64,000 nt of DNA from an uncultured delta proteobacterium. GTDB lineage: Bacteria > Myxococcota_A > Polyangia > Polyangiales > Polyangiaceae. The DNA lies in assembly GCA_963696385.1 (NCBI GenBank), contig CAVOKF010000007.1, positions 992,001 through 1,056,000 of the forward strand, in the 5' to 3' direction. A model generated the notes under the pieces. It searched no databases, was not told where the DNA came from, and saw nothing but the letters and a program-made list of their open reading frames with translations. Positions 30,133 to 39,641 of the stretch are shown piece by piece. The first letter of the stretch is position 1. Each line of letters begins with the position of its first letter. The position numbers and the translations under genes were made by a program.

Positions 30133-30407
30133 CGAAGCTCGGACGTCTACTTCCGGGTCGGGCCCGCGTCCACAGCCCGGCTCACGGGCCTCGCACGCCC
30201 GGAGACGTCGGAAAGAAATGGAGAGCCAACGAACGAGCCCTTTACGCCCAAACGGCAGTGGTTACTTGTGGAATGAGCTCGAGACGACGTGCCAGATCGG
30301 CCGCGTTCAAGCGGAGGCCGTGAGAATCGCGCGTTTCTGGGGCGTCATGCGCCGTGCGGGCCATGGCTGCCCCATGGCTTGCCGCTCACACACAAGGAGG
30401 GATTGCC

Positions 30408-30872
30408 ATGATCGCGGGATGGAAGGACTTGGATGACACGTTTCGGGCGCTGAGCTTGCTGCAGCGCGGAATCGATCACGTATTCGACGATTGGAACGGC
30501 AAAGCCGCAAGGCCCGTACTCGATCCCGTTCGTCGCGCCTCGCATACGGTGGGGCCGCCGATCAACGCCTTCGAGACCAAGGATAGCTTCGTCTACAAGG
30601 CTCGGGTTCCGGGGCTGGCCGAGGGAGACCTATCCGTTTACGTCGAGGACGGGTCGCTCATCCTGCGTGGCGAGTGCAAGAGCGATGTCCCCGATGGCTA
30701 CGAAGTGCGGTTGCGCGAAAGGGTGCCCCTGGCGTTCGCGCGCACGTTGCCCTTGCCGGGGCGCGTGGAGGCCGATGCCGTCACCGCCACGATGAAGGAT
30801 GGAATTTTGACGATCACCCTTCCAAAGGCGAAGGAAACGCTTCCCCGCCAGATTGCCGTAAAGGCGCTTTGA
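30408..30872 (+). CDS. Hsp20/alpha-crystallin small heat-shock protein
   Basis: AAGGAGG RBS; PPINAFE...VPGL, FARTLPLP..V....VTATMKDGILTITLPK, C-terminal IAV motif. Confidence 0.9.
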   Translation: MIAGWKDLDDTFRALSLLQRGIDHVFDDWNGKAARPVLDPVRRASHTVGPPINAFETKDSFVYKARVPGLAEGDLSVYVEDGSLILRGECKSDVPDGYEVRLRERVPLAFARTLPLPGRVEADAVTATMKDGILTITLPKAKETLPRQIAVKAL

Positions 30873-30880
30873 TCGAACGT

Positions 30881-30900
30881 TTCATGTGAGTTCATGTGAG
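30881..30900 (+). repeat. Perfect 10-bp tandem duplication TTCATGTGAG x2
   Basis: Directly visible between the two hsp20 genes, running into the GAGGAGG RBS. Confidence 0.8.
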
Positions 30901-30911
30901 GAGGATGAGTC

Positions 30912-31298
30912 ATGAATGCAGTCGCACTTCGAGAAGGTGATGGGGGCACTCCGAGAACTAGTGTGTTCGCACGCGAGATTGTCCCGGCGGTGGACGTTTT
31001 CGAAAACGGGGACGAAATTATTGTCGTCGCGGACATTCCGGGCCTTCCGGGCGAAGCGATCGACGTCCGCGTCGAGGGCAGCACGCTGACCGTCGAGGGC
31101 AAGCCTCGACCCACGGAGCAGTCTGCCCCGGCGTTCGTACGGGAATACGATGACGTGAGCTTCAGTCGTACGTTCCGCATTCCCGCCGGGATCGACACCG
31201 CCTCCATCCGAGCCGATACCAAACAGGGAACGGTGTTCATTCGCTTGCCGAAATTGGCGGCGTCCAAGCCCCGCAAGATCGCCGTTCGATCGGACTGA
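30912..31298 (+). CDS. Hsp20/alpha-crystallin small heat-shock protein
   Basis: PAVDVFE...VADIPG, FSRTFRIPAGID...IRA....GTVFIRLPK, PRKIAV. Confidence 0.9.
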   Translation: MNAVALREGDGGTPRTSVFAREIVPAVDVFENGDEIIVVADIPGLPGEAIDVRVEGSTLTVEGKPRPTEQSAPAFVREYDDVSFSRTFRIPAGIDTASIRADTKQGTVFIRLPKLAASKPRKIAVRSD

Positions 31299-31443
31299 GG
31301 GGCGGTCCGGTTCGCTCTCGGCGCATGGGAGACCACGGCGATCCGGCGCGAGGGGCGATCGGAGCGCGGTCGAGCTAAGCTCGCGCGACAGACGCGTCGA
31401 CGATTTGGATCCGATCCGCTCGAGTCGCTCGGAGGGCCGCGCC

Positions 31444-32238
31444 GTGAGTGCACAACCGGTTTTGTTCACCGTCGCGTTCCGAAGAAAAATGGCCGAGCTG
31501 CGTCTCGATCAAAGGCGAGAGTGGCTCGTGTCCCTCGCGCATCGACTGGCGAAGGCGGACGAGCATCAGGCCGCGCTGCTCGCCCCAGAGCTGCGCGAGG
31601 TCGCGCGCGGCTGCAGACTGGCTTTGGTCGATGCAGTGGCCAAGCAGCTCGGACCGTTCGATCCTCGTCATCTCGATGCGCTCCTCGAGGTACCGCGGGA
31701 GAGGTTCGTTCAGCCCGTCGACATCGAGCGCAGTGCCGACGACATCCCGCTTCCTCTGGACGCCAGTGGACTCGCCACCATCAGTGCACCGCACGCCTAT
31801 TTGTTGTCGTACCGACTGCTCGGTCTCGCGCCCGGCGATCGTCTTGTCGAACTCGGGACCGGCTCCGGGTACGGCGCAGCCCTGGCGGCGTTCATCGTCG
31901 GACCCGAGGGTCGAGTTCTGACATTCGAGATCGATCCCAATCTCGCGTCCTTGGGGCGGGTCTCACTTCGCGGCGATTCGAACGTGGAGGTCGTCGTGGC
32001 GGATGCGGTCGAGAGCGCCGCGCGCTGGGGAGGTGCCACGAAGGTTGCCGTCACGTTCGCGGTCGAGAGTCTTCCCGCCGCGTGGCTTGCGGCTCTACCG
32101 GATCGGGGCCAGCTGGTGGCACCGGTCGGGGCACCCGACCGTGATCAGCGACTCGCGCTCGTCACGAAGAGGCGGGGCCGAATCATCGAGACGGATCACG
32201 GATCGGTCCGCTACGTCAAGAACCGGTCACCGAGGTAG
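31444..32238 (+). CDS. pcm: Protein-L-isoaspartate O-methyltransferase family protein with N-terminal extension
   Basis: VPRERFV, TISAPH, VELGTGSGYGAA, FEIDP, GQLVAPVG; GGAGG before GTG 31444. Confidence 0.8.
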   Translation: MSAQPVLFTVAFRRKMAELRLDQRREWLVSLAHRLAKADEHQAALLAPELREVARGCRLALVDAVAKQLGPFDPRHLDALLEVPRERFVQPVDIERSADDIPLPLDASGLATISAPHAYLLSYRLLGLAPGDRLVELGTGSGYGAALAAFIVGPEGRVLTFEIDPNLASLGRVSLRGDSNVEVVVADAVESAARWGGATKVAVTFAVESLPAAWLAALPDRGQLVAPVGAPDRDQRLALVTKRRGRIIETDHGSVRYVKNRSPR

Positions 32239-33985
32239 AACGGCCTGCAAGCTTCCATGGGGCGATGGAGAATGCACGGTGGTCCACGTGGAGCCGAAGC
32301 AAGTGCTCGGCGGCCGCGTCTTTGAATGACGGGGGCGTCGTGACAACGACCCCGATTCGGCGGAGGATCCGCGACAAAGACAAGGCGAGCCATTCGCCTC
32401 CCGCGAGGAATGGCTCCATGCGGTGCCGATTGTGCAGCCATATCTGAGCGCAGGCAGCGGCGGCGTGAAGGGCGCACGCTCGTTCGGCGAACTCGAAGAG
32501 CTCGGGAGCTTGCGCGTCGAGGACATCCCGACAGCGTGCGAATGAGGCGTCCTCTTCGCGCATCGACCGATCGAGCGCATCGCCGAGCGACGCCAGGACG
32601 CGCACGACGGCGCGCTCGACCCCGTCAAGCCCCGCTGGGTTCCGCAGTCGCTCGAAAAAAAGATCAAGCCCGAGCTTCGGGTCCCGGAGGCGCGCGTAAG
32701 GCCGCAGTCGGCCAGGATCGAACCCCGGGAGAGTTTGATCGAGACTGAAGATCGAACCAAGAATCTCGGCGAAGTGCGCCCTTTCAGAGGCGCTCGCACC
32801 GGAGCGGAACATAGCGACCTGAGACAATCCCATTCCCACGGTTTGCAACAGCATGAAGCCGCCGGCATGAAACATCGGCACGGCGCCGTGGTCGCGCACG
32901 ATCTTCTGGAAGATCCCGAACCGTGGCCCTTCTCTCAGATACGACCTCGCCCCGAGGATCTCGCCGAGGCTTGCGAGCATGCGTTCCACCGTCGTAGGAA
33001 CGAAGGCCTTGCAGGCGGCCGACCAAAAACGCATTTCCTCCGGGGCCATATGCAACGCCCGCGCAGAACCCACCACGACGCACTCGCACACGAGCAAATC
33101 GATGAAAGCGTCGACGAGGAACGCGCGCGGCCGGGGTAACGCGAAGACGGTCGTCCCCTGGAGTCGCCGATGCGCCGCGAAGTCCACCACCGTCCTGAGC
33201 GCGGTGTCGGCCGCTCCAAGCGACAGCGCAGGCAGGAGCGCTCGAGTAATTTGGAATGAACGCAGCGTGAGCTCCATCCCCTCGCCGAGACGGCCGAGCA
33301 ACGCGTCGGCGGCCAGCGGCGCGTCAGTGAAGCGAAATGCGCCGAAGTCGGCGCCTCGCGCCCCGTGGGTCTTGAGACGCGGGAGCTGCGCGAAGTTATC
33401 GTCCGGCAATTTGCGCTTATCGACGAGAAACAACGAGAAGCCACGGGGACCGCCTTTCGGGTCCGTCCGAGCAAACACGGTCTGCACCTCGCCGCGAGTC
33501 GCGTTGTTGACGAACCACTTCTCGCCGGTCAACCGGTACCCGCCGGTGACCGGGATGCAGGTCGTCTCCGTGGCCAGGAAGTCACTGCCGTGCGCCTGCT
33601 CGTGATAGGCGAGGCCCATTCGGCCGCCCGCGGAAATATGAGCGGCGATTTCTCGCCGCTGAGTCGGCGACCCGGCCGTCCACACGTGAACCGCCCCTCC
33701 GAACGTGATCTGATGGGCGATCGCGGCCGTGAGATCGCGACGGCCGACCGCACGGAGGATCCCGGCAAGCTCCGGGTAGCTCGACAGCCGGCCGCCCTCG
33801 GCAACCGGGACGTAGTAGCGGCCAATGCCCAGATCGTCGAGCAACGCGGACGCGGCCTCCGGATAAGCGTCGCGCTCGTCCAAGTCCAAGCCGCGAGCAA
33901 ACGACAACGGTTGGTTCGGGTCGTTGGGATCGCCCAGCTGCTCTTCGAGCGATTCATGGGCTCGCTGCAGCCCCGCTTCCCACAT
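32216..33985 (-). CDS. Long acyl-CoA/acyl-ACP dehydrogenase (ACAD-2)
   Basis: EQAHGSD, LTGEKWFVNNATR, RTDPKGGPRGFSLF, THGARGAD, GARSYLRE, FQKIVRD. Start 33985 (4 nt after the ACP stop) or 34021. Confidence 0.88.
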   Translation of the reverse strand: MWEAGLQRAHESLEEQLGDPNDPNQPLSFARGLDLDERDAYPEAASALLDDLGIGRYYVPVAEGGRLSSYPELAGILRAVGRRDLTAAIAHQITFGGAVHVWTAGSPTQRREIAAHISAGGRMGLAYHEQAHGSDFLATETTCIPVTGGYRLTGEKWFVNNATRGEVQTVFARTDPKGGPRGFSLFLVDKRKLPDDNFAQLPRLKTHGARGADFGAFRFTDAPLAADALLGRLGEGMELTLRSFQITRALLPALSLGAADTALRTVVDFAAHRRLQGTTVFALPRPRAFLVDAFIDLLVCECVVVGSARALHMAPEEMRFWSAACKAFVPTTVERMLASLGEILGARSYLREGPRFGIFQKIVRDHGAVPMFHAGGFMLLQTVGMGLSQVAMFRSGASASERAHFAEILGSIFSLDQTLPGFDPGRLRPYARLRDPKLGLDLFFERLRNPAGLDGVERAVVRVLASLGDALDRSMREEDASFARCRDVLDAQAPELFEFAERACALHAAAACAQIWLHNRHRMEPFLAGGEWLALSLSRILRRIGVVVTTPPSFKDAAAEHLLRLHVDHRAFSIAPWKLAGRSTSVTGS

Positions 33986-33989
33986 GCTT

Positions 33990-34265
33990 CTATCCGGCCA
34001 GCGAGTCGGCGACGTGGCCATTGGCGAGCGCGTGGGCAACGGCCCCAATCGTGGGGTAGTCCCACGTGATCAACGCATCGACCTCGATGCCGAATGCATC
34101 GGACAACTCACTCGCGAGCGTCACCGCAACGAGTGAACTCAAACCGAGGTCCTCGAAGGCGGTCGACGGTCCCACGGTCGCCACGTCGACGCGCGCGAGG
34201 CGAGCCACGGCGGCAATCATCCATTCGCGCAGCGCTTGTTCGGTCGGCGGCTCTTTTATCGTCAT
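33990..34265 (-). CDS. Acyl carrier protein
   Basis: LREWM...VA, FEDLGLSSL (phosphopantetheine Ser motif), LITWDYPTI. Confidence 0.9.
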   Translation of the reverse strand: MTIKEPPTEQALREWMIAAVARLARVDVATVGPSTAFEDLGLSSLVAVTLASELSDAFGIEVDALITWDYPTIGAVAHALANGHVADSLAG

Positions 34266-35944
34266 CAGCTTCCTCCACTATCGCAGTCGGCAAAAAGCGA
34301 AAAGGAAACGCGGCGATCGGTGGCGTCGAGGATGAATTCCAGCAGACGCTCTCGACATCCCTGAGCCGCGCCGGGCGACCATCCCCCTTCGCCCAGTTCG
34401 TGTGCAAGAGAGAGAACGAGCCAATCCCCGGCCGCGATTAGGCCACCCAGCCGAGGCGCACTGTGGACGAAGACGCTCGCCGACAGGGCGGCCGCCGCGA
34501 GGCGCGCGTAACGGCTCGCCAGGTTGACCAGCTCGGGCGTCACATCGAACGGGCCCCGCGGCGCGAGCGACGCCATCTTCGTGCGGGTGGCGTGTGCTGC
34601 GGCCACAACCTGCTCGAGCATCGGTCGAAGAATCTCGGCATGATTGTGTCCGGGCAGATGCGCGAGCGCGTCCCGCGCGACCTCTTCGGCACCATGCACC
34701 CGATGGGCGACAATCGCCAGGCGACGCGGGTCGATCTCGTCGACGGGAACGAGAAGCTGCGCTGCATTCGACGCGAACTCGCCGGTGCTACGGCTGAGCG
34801 CGCTTGCGTGAAGAGCGATGTTGGTCAAGTTCACCAGGGTATTTCCGTCGAATACGCTCAGAATGCCGATGTCTCGCTGAATCTTCTGGAACATTCCCGA
34901 CGCGTCGCCCTCGCGCAGGTAGTGCCTGGCTCCGAAGACGACGCCGAGATCGCGCACCAATCGCTCGGCCGTGGTCGGCACGTGATACTTGAGCACAGAG
35001 GACCAGAAGGTCGCCTGTTCCGGAGCCGCGTGCAGCATTCGCGCACCTGCCAGGGATGCGGCTTCGCAGGCCAGGAGATCCGCGGCGGCTGAGGATAGCG
35101 CGGCGCGGGCGTGGGGGATCTCTAGGACGGTACCGCCGTACAGCGATCGCGATCGCGCGAAGGCGACCACGATCCGCAGCGCAGAATCTACGGCGCCGAC
35201 CGCCACGTTCGCGATGAGCGTCCGCGTGACTGTGAACGTCTTGAGGACGACGGAGAGCCCGGCCCCCGCTCCACCGACGGGCTGGGTAGAGCACGGCGCA
35301 TTCTCGAAGCGAATGCCGCTGATGTCGGCTCCTCGAATTCCGTGGGTCCGGATTTTCGGCAGCGTCGCGTAAGCGCCCTGGGCTTGGCGCTTGTCCAGGA
35401 AGAGCAACGAGAACCCCCGAGGTCCGCCCTCGGAACGGGTGCGAACGAAGACCGATAGGGCCGTTGCCCGCGTCGCATTGTTGATGAGCCACTTTTCGCC
35501 GTTTACCGACAACACAGACGACCCCTCGGCGCGGGTCACGCTCGAAAGCAGGTCACTACCGTTGTGGCGTTCCGTCAGGGCGAGTGCGATCGGCTCTCCC
35601 GCGATCACGCGGGCGGCCACGATCGCTTTCAGGGTCGACACGCCCGCGAGAAATACGGGCAGGGTGCCCAGGCCCGTCTTGCCGTGCGCGACCGCGAGAG
35701 TCACATCTCGGCGCGCGATCGCCCGTTGCATGCAAGCGAGTTCCTCGAAAGAGCGAAGTTCGCCGCCAGCGTGAATCGGAACGTAGTGCTTGCACACGCC
35801 GAGTCGGTCCAGCTCCGCAGCGGCCTGAGCGGGAAACTCCTCTCGCTCATCCAAGCGGACCGCCCACCGAAAACCCAGCGGACCGTCATCGCTCGCGGGA
35901 TCGCCCATCGCCCGGTCGAGCCGGAGCGGGTCGAATGCCCTCAT
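34265..35944 (-). CDS. Long acyl-CoA/acyl-ACP dehydrogenase (ACAD-1)
   Basis: LALTERHNGSD, VNGEKWLINNATR, GGPRGFSL, THGIRGAD, GARHYLRE, FQKIQRD...FDGNT. Paralog of ACAD-2; stop overlaps the ACP start. Confidence 0.88.
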   Translation of the reverse strand: MRAFDPLRLDRAMGDPASDDGPLGFRWAVRLDEREEFPAQAAAELDRLGVCKHYVPIHAGGELRSFEELACMQRAIARRDVTLAVAHGKTGLGTLPVFLAGVSTLKAIVAARVIAGEPIALALTERHNGSDLLSSVTRAEGSSVLSVNGEKWLINNATRATALSVFVRTRSEGGPRGFSLLFLDKRQAQGAYATLPKIRTHGIRGADISGIRFENAPCSTQPVGGAGAGLSVVLKTFTVTRTLIANVAVGAVDSALRIVVAFARSRSLYGGTVLEIPHARAALSSAAADLLACEAASLAGARMLHAAPEQATFWSSVLKYHVPTTAERLVRDLGVVFGARHYLREGDASGMFQKIQRDIGILSVFDGNTLVNLTNIALHASALSRSTGEFASNAAQLLVPVDEIDPRRLAIVAHRVHGAEEVARDALAHLPGHNHAEILRPMLEQVVAAAHATRTKMASLAPRGPFDVTPELVNLASRYARLAAAALSASVFVHSAPRLGGLIAAGDWLVLSLAHELGEGGWSPGAAQGCRERLLEFILDATDRRVSFSLFADCDSGGS

Positions 35945-37704
35945 CCAGCCTCGACTTCACGAAGGTCCAGACGCTCAAGAACCTCGAACTTGCCAAGCGT
36001 GTGGGCACGCTTGCATGCCTGACGACGAATCTTGCCGCTCGATGTCTTCAGCAAGGTGCCGACCGGCACTACCGCAATGACCGAGGCATCCACCTGGTGA
36101 TCGCAACCGATAGCGCGGCGAACGGCGTCGATGACGTCGCGGAAGGCGGTCGCACTGTTCGAAGGCAACGACCGGCGTTCATTCTCGACCAAGACCGTCA
36201 GGTGCTCACGATGGCCGTCGTCGACCGCGAACGCCACCGCACCGCCGGCGACGATCGAAGGGCTCGCCGATTCCGCAGAGCGCTCGATGTCCTGCGGGTA
36301 AATGTTCCGGCCCGACAGGATGATCATGTCCTTGCGACGACCCACGACATAGAGCTCGCCGCCGCGCACGAAGCCGAGATCCCCGGTTCGGAGGAAGGGA
36401 CCTCGGTCATCGGGCTGCGTGCGTCCACCGAACGTTTCCTTGGTCGCGTCCGCGTCGCCGTAATAGCCCGCGGCAACGCTCGGCCCGGCTAGCCAGATTT
36501 CGCCGATCTCTCCGTCCGGCATCGCCCGGAGAGAATCCGGATCCACAATCACAAGCTCGATGTCGGCGAACGGCACGCCCGAACTGGCAATCGTCCGCGC
36601 CCGTGTCGTGAGCGCATCGGCGTCCCGCAATTCGCCCCGTTCCAGCGCGTCCGCGTCGCAGGTGCGCGGGTGCAGGCGGGTCGCTGAACCTGAGGCCACG
36701 CACAGTGTAGCTTCCGCGAGCCCGTAGCAGGGATGGAAGGCCCCGGCGCAGAAGCCTGCGGGGGCAAACTTGCGTGCAAAGGCATCCAGGGTCGACGGAC
36801 GAATCGGCTCCGCACCGTCGTGAGCGACCCGCCATGAGGTTAGGTCCAGCTCCGTGATCTCCCGGGGCGAGATTCTCTCAACGCAGAGATCGAACGCGAA
36901 GTTCGGCCCCCCGCTGTGGGTCGCCCGGTAACGACTGATGGCGCGAAGCCATCGCACCGGTTTTTGAAGGAATGCAACTGGGGGCATCGCCACACATCGA
37001 AAGCCACCGAAGATGGGTTCGAGCATGCCGTCGACGAGGCCCATATCGTGAAACACGGGGAGCCAGGTCACCGATATGCTGCTGCGATCGTGCCGCCCAT
37101 TCTCATGGATTCGTTGCAGGTTGTTCATCAGGTTGGCGTGGGTGATGACAACCCCCCTGGGGGCGGACGTGGATCCTGACGTGAACTGGAGAAACGCTAC
37201 GGCGTCACGACGTGCACGAGACTCGACCTTCGCATCGGGCCGAGGAACATTGCTGGGATCCAGCACCGGACACAGCGCAAGCGGGGACACGACGGCGGCC
37301 AAATCGTGCACGACGGCCTGCATCTTCCCCGACGCGAGGACCAACGAAGGGCGCGACACTCGCGCGACTTCGTCGATCCGTTCCAAGGATCTCTTGAGTG
37401 GGCGTGAGGGCGGCAAGCTAGCCACCGGAATGACGCCGGAGTGGAGACACCCCAGAAAGGACAGCAAGAAGTCGAGACCCGGTCGGAAGAACAGGATGGC
37501 GCGGTCGCCCACACCCGCATGGCTCCGCACCGCGCTGGAGATAGCGAGCACTCGTTCCGCGAGGCGGGGCCACGACAGCGATTCCGTGAGGACTTCGCCA
37601 TCCTCGAGAAAACTGAACCCCCCGCAGGATTCGTCGCGCGCCCGAGCCAGAAGCACGTCGATAATCGTCTCGGCTTCGAGCACGCGACCGTCGGTGGCGT
37701 GCAT
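35941..37704 (-). CDS. Fatty acyl-AMP ligase (FAAL)
   Basis: FLQFTSGSTSAPRGV, WLPVFHDMGL, SGGPNFAFDLC, GAEPI, CYGLAEATL followed by a FAAL-type insertion, LRTGDLGF, KTSSGKIRR. Start 37704 or 37743. Confidence 0.9.
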   Translation of the reverse strand: MHATDGRVLEAETIIDVLLARARDESCGGFSFLEDGEVLTESLSWPRLAERVLAISSAVRSHAGVGDRAILFFRPGLDFLLSFLGCLHSGVIPVASLPPSRPLKRSLERIDEVARVSRPSLVLASGKMQAVVHDLAAVVSPLALCPVLDPSNVPRPDAKVESRARRDAVAFLQFTSGSTSAPRGVVITHANLMNNLQRIHENGRHDRSSISVTWLPVFHDMGLVDGMLEPIFGGFRCVAMPPVAFLQKPVRWLRAISRYRATHSGGPNFAFDLCVERISPREITELDLTSWRVAHDGAEPIRPSTLDAFARKFAPAGFCAGAFHPCYGLAEATLCVASGSATRLHPRTCDADALERGELRDADALTTRARTIASSGVPFADIELVIVDPDSLRAMPDGEIGEIWLAGPSVAAGYYGDADATKETFGGRTQPDDRGPFLRTGDLGFVRGGELYVVGRRKDMIILSGRNIYPQDIERSAESASPSIVAGGAVAFAVDDGHREHLTVLVENERRSLPSNSATAFRDVIDAVRRAIGCDHQVDASVIAVVPVGTLLKTSSGKIRRQACKRAHTLGKFEVLERLDLREVEAG

Positions 37705-38007
37705 GTGGGTTAGGTACGTCGAAGTCGCCAGACGCGTCAACATCGTCCAGCATTGGCACCCCATCGTGTCGGCGTGGTGGCGGTGCTGTTTCGTCGGCGC
37801 GCCCCGCACACTGCACAAACGTCTGCCGTTGACCCATGGCGGAATGGGTGTCTGATGGGTTTGGTGTGGAAGGCCTGTGCTCAACCTGTGGTGCGCGCTT
37901 CCGAAACAGTTACTGTAGTTGAACCCCCGAGCACGCCGCGTTCGTCCGCGCTGCCCCGGCTGGACTCGTTCCGGACGAATGACCGCGCGAGCAATAGCGG
38001 ACCGCGC

Positions 38008-39630
38008 ATGGACGAGCGCGTCGCCACACAGATCGGTTTGCGGCGCGCGCTCGCGGTCGCCTGCGTCGTGTGGCTTGGATTCATCGGGCTCGATTTCGTG
38101 GTCGTACGATATTTGGACGCCGGATCGTTTGTGCACTTCATCGAGTGGCGTGCCGCGGTACTGGCCGTAACCCTCTTCGTGCTCGTGCGATTGAGTCGAC
38201 GCCCGCCACCGTCCGAGCTGGTTCTGCGGGCCGCGGACGTCCTGGTTTATGGGTCCGGTGCGGTGGCGATCGCCCTCATGTGTGTCGAATTCCGAGGCCT
38301 GGCCAGCCCGTACATTCCCGGCTTCTGTCTCGCGCTTCTTTCACGCACTGTCACGGCTCCCGATCCCTGGAAGCGCGGCGTGACCATGACCGGGATTCCT
38401 GTGCTGTGCTTCTTTGCCGTGCTGTTCGGCGCAGCATTTTTCTCGCCTCGAATTGCCGCGCAGTTTCATGATCCCGGCGCACTCACGACGTTGGTGCTCA
38501 ACGCCGGCTACGTCCTCGGTACCTGCGTGTTTCTCATCGCGGGGAGCCACATCGTATGGTCCTTGCGACGCCAGGTTTTCGAGGCTCGGAGCCTTGGGCG
38601 CTACCGGCTCAAGAGTCGAATCGCTGCCGGCGGCATGGGGGACGTGTGGCTGGCTTACCACCCCGGACTCAAGCGCGACGTGGCCGTAAAGATCCTCCGA
38701 CCCGATGAGCGCGAGCGGTCGGAGATGGCCTTGACCCGATTCGAACGCGAGGTCCGGTCAACCGCGGAGCTCATGCACCCAAACACCGTGCGCGTCTTCG
38801 ACTACGGCGTGACCGAGGACGGACTCTGGTATTACGTGATGGAGTTGCTGGAGGGTGAGACACTGGCAGACCACGTCGCGCGTCTGGGACCGCTGCCCCC
38901 AGCCCGTGCCGTCCACATCGTGGGGCAAGCCGCACGCGCTCTTGGAGAGGCCCACGAGAAGGGGATCGTGCACCGTGACGTGAAGCCCGAGAACCTATTT
39001 CTCACCGCGCTCGGCGGCGAGCACGACTTCGTGAAGGTCATCGACTTCGGCATCGCGAAGGTCCAGAATGTCGATGGCAAAATGACCGATACCGGGTCGC
39101 TCCTCGGAACGCCCGCGTACATGTCGCCGGAGATGGCGATGGGGCTTACGGCCGACGCTCGCTCGGACGTCTACGCGCTCGGCGCGGTCCTTTACTTTCT
39201 CCTGTGCGGCAAGCCGCCGTTCGAGGCCGAGAGCGCGGGCGCCCTCATCTTTGCGCACGTGAACCAGGCCGTCATGCCACCGTCGCAGAATCTTGGGCGA
39301 CCCTTGCCTGGCGACGTGGAGGCCGTTGCCATGCGGGCGCTCGCGAAGGACCCGAACGAACGCTACGCGAGCGCGGCCGAGCTCGCGCTCGCGCTCGCCG
39401 CCTGCACGCTCGCGGGCAAGTGGACCTTCGGGGACGCCACCACGGTTGCTCGGCGCAGCAGCCGCCCGCCCCCTGCCGCTGGGTTGGAGGCGTTTCCGTC
39501 CATGCGCCCTCCACGGGTGCCCCAGTTCGAACAGCCGGCTCTCCGGGATCCGGCGTCCTCCGAGACACCGTCTGGGTCAAACGCAAGCGCGATTGCCGAA
39601 GACGGGCACCGCGCACTCGCGTCGCGATAG
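38008..39630 (+). CDS. Ser/Thr protein kinase with N-terminal multi-TM (about 5-6 helices) sensor domain
   Basis: Hydrophobic N-terminal about 190 aa; kinase motifs AGGMGDV, VAVK, FEREV, HRDVKPEN, DFG, GTPAYMSPE, DVYALG are all intact. Start may lie about 40-50 codons upstream. Confidence 0.9.
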   Translation: MDERVATQIGLRRALAVACVVWLGFIGLDFVVVRYLDAGSFVHFIEWRAAVLAVTLFVLVRLSRRPPPSELVLRAADVLVYGSGAVAIALMCVEFRGLASPYIPGFCLALLSRTVTAPDPWKRGVTMTGIPVLCFFAVLFGAAFFSPRIAAQFHDPGALTTLVLNAGYVLGTCVFLIAGSHIVWSLRRQVFEARSLGRYRLKSRIAAGGMGDVWLAYHPGLKRDVAVKILRPDERERSEMALTRFEREVRSTAELMHPNTVRVFDYGVTEDGLWYYVMELLEGETLADHVARLGPLPPARAVHIVGQAARALGEAHEKGIVHRDVKPENLFLTALGGEHDFVKVIDFGIAKVQNVDGKMTDTGSLLGTPAYMSPEMAMGLTADARSDVYALGAVLYFLLCGKPPFEAESAGALIFAHVNQAVMPPSQNLGRPLPGDVEAVAMRALAKDPNERYASAAELALALAACTLAGKWTFGDATTVARRSSRPPPAAGLEAFPSMRPPRVPQFEQPALRDPASSETPSGSNASAIAEDGHRALASR

Positions 39631-39641
39631 ACCTCGAAAGT

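Noticed and set aside
37753..37770. Sigma54 promoter at TGGCAC
   Set aside because: There is no TTGC -12 element at the required spacing.
37705..38136. Long N-terminal extension of the FAAL, and kinase start at 37753, as given by the ORF track
   Set aside because: The two extensions would overlap head to head and have no domain-like content; the region is better read as a divergent promoter interval.
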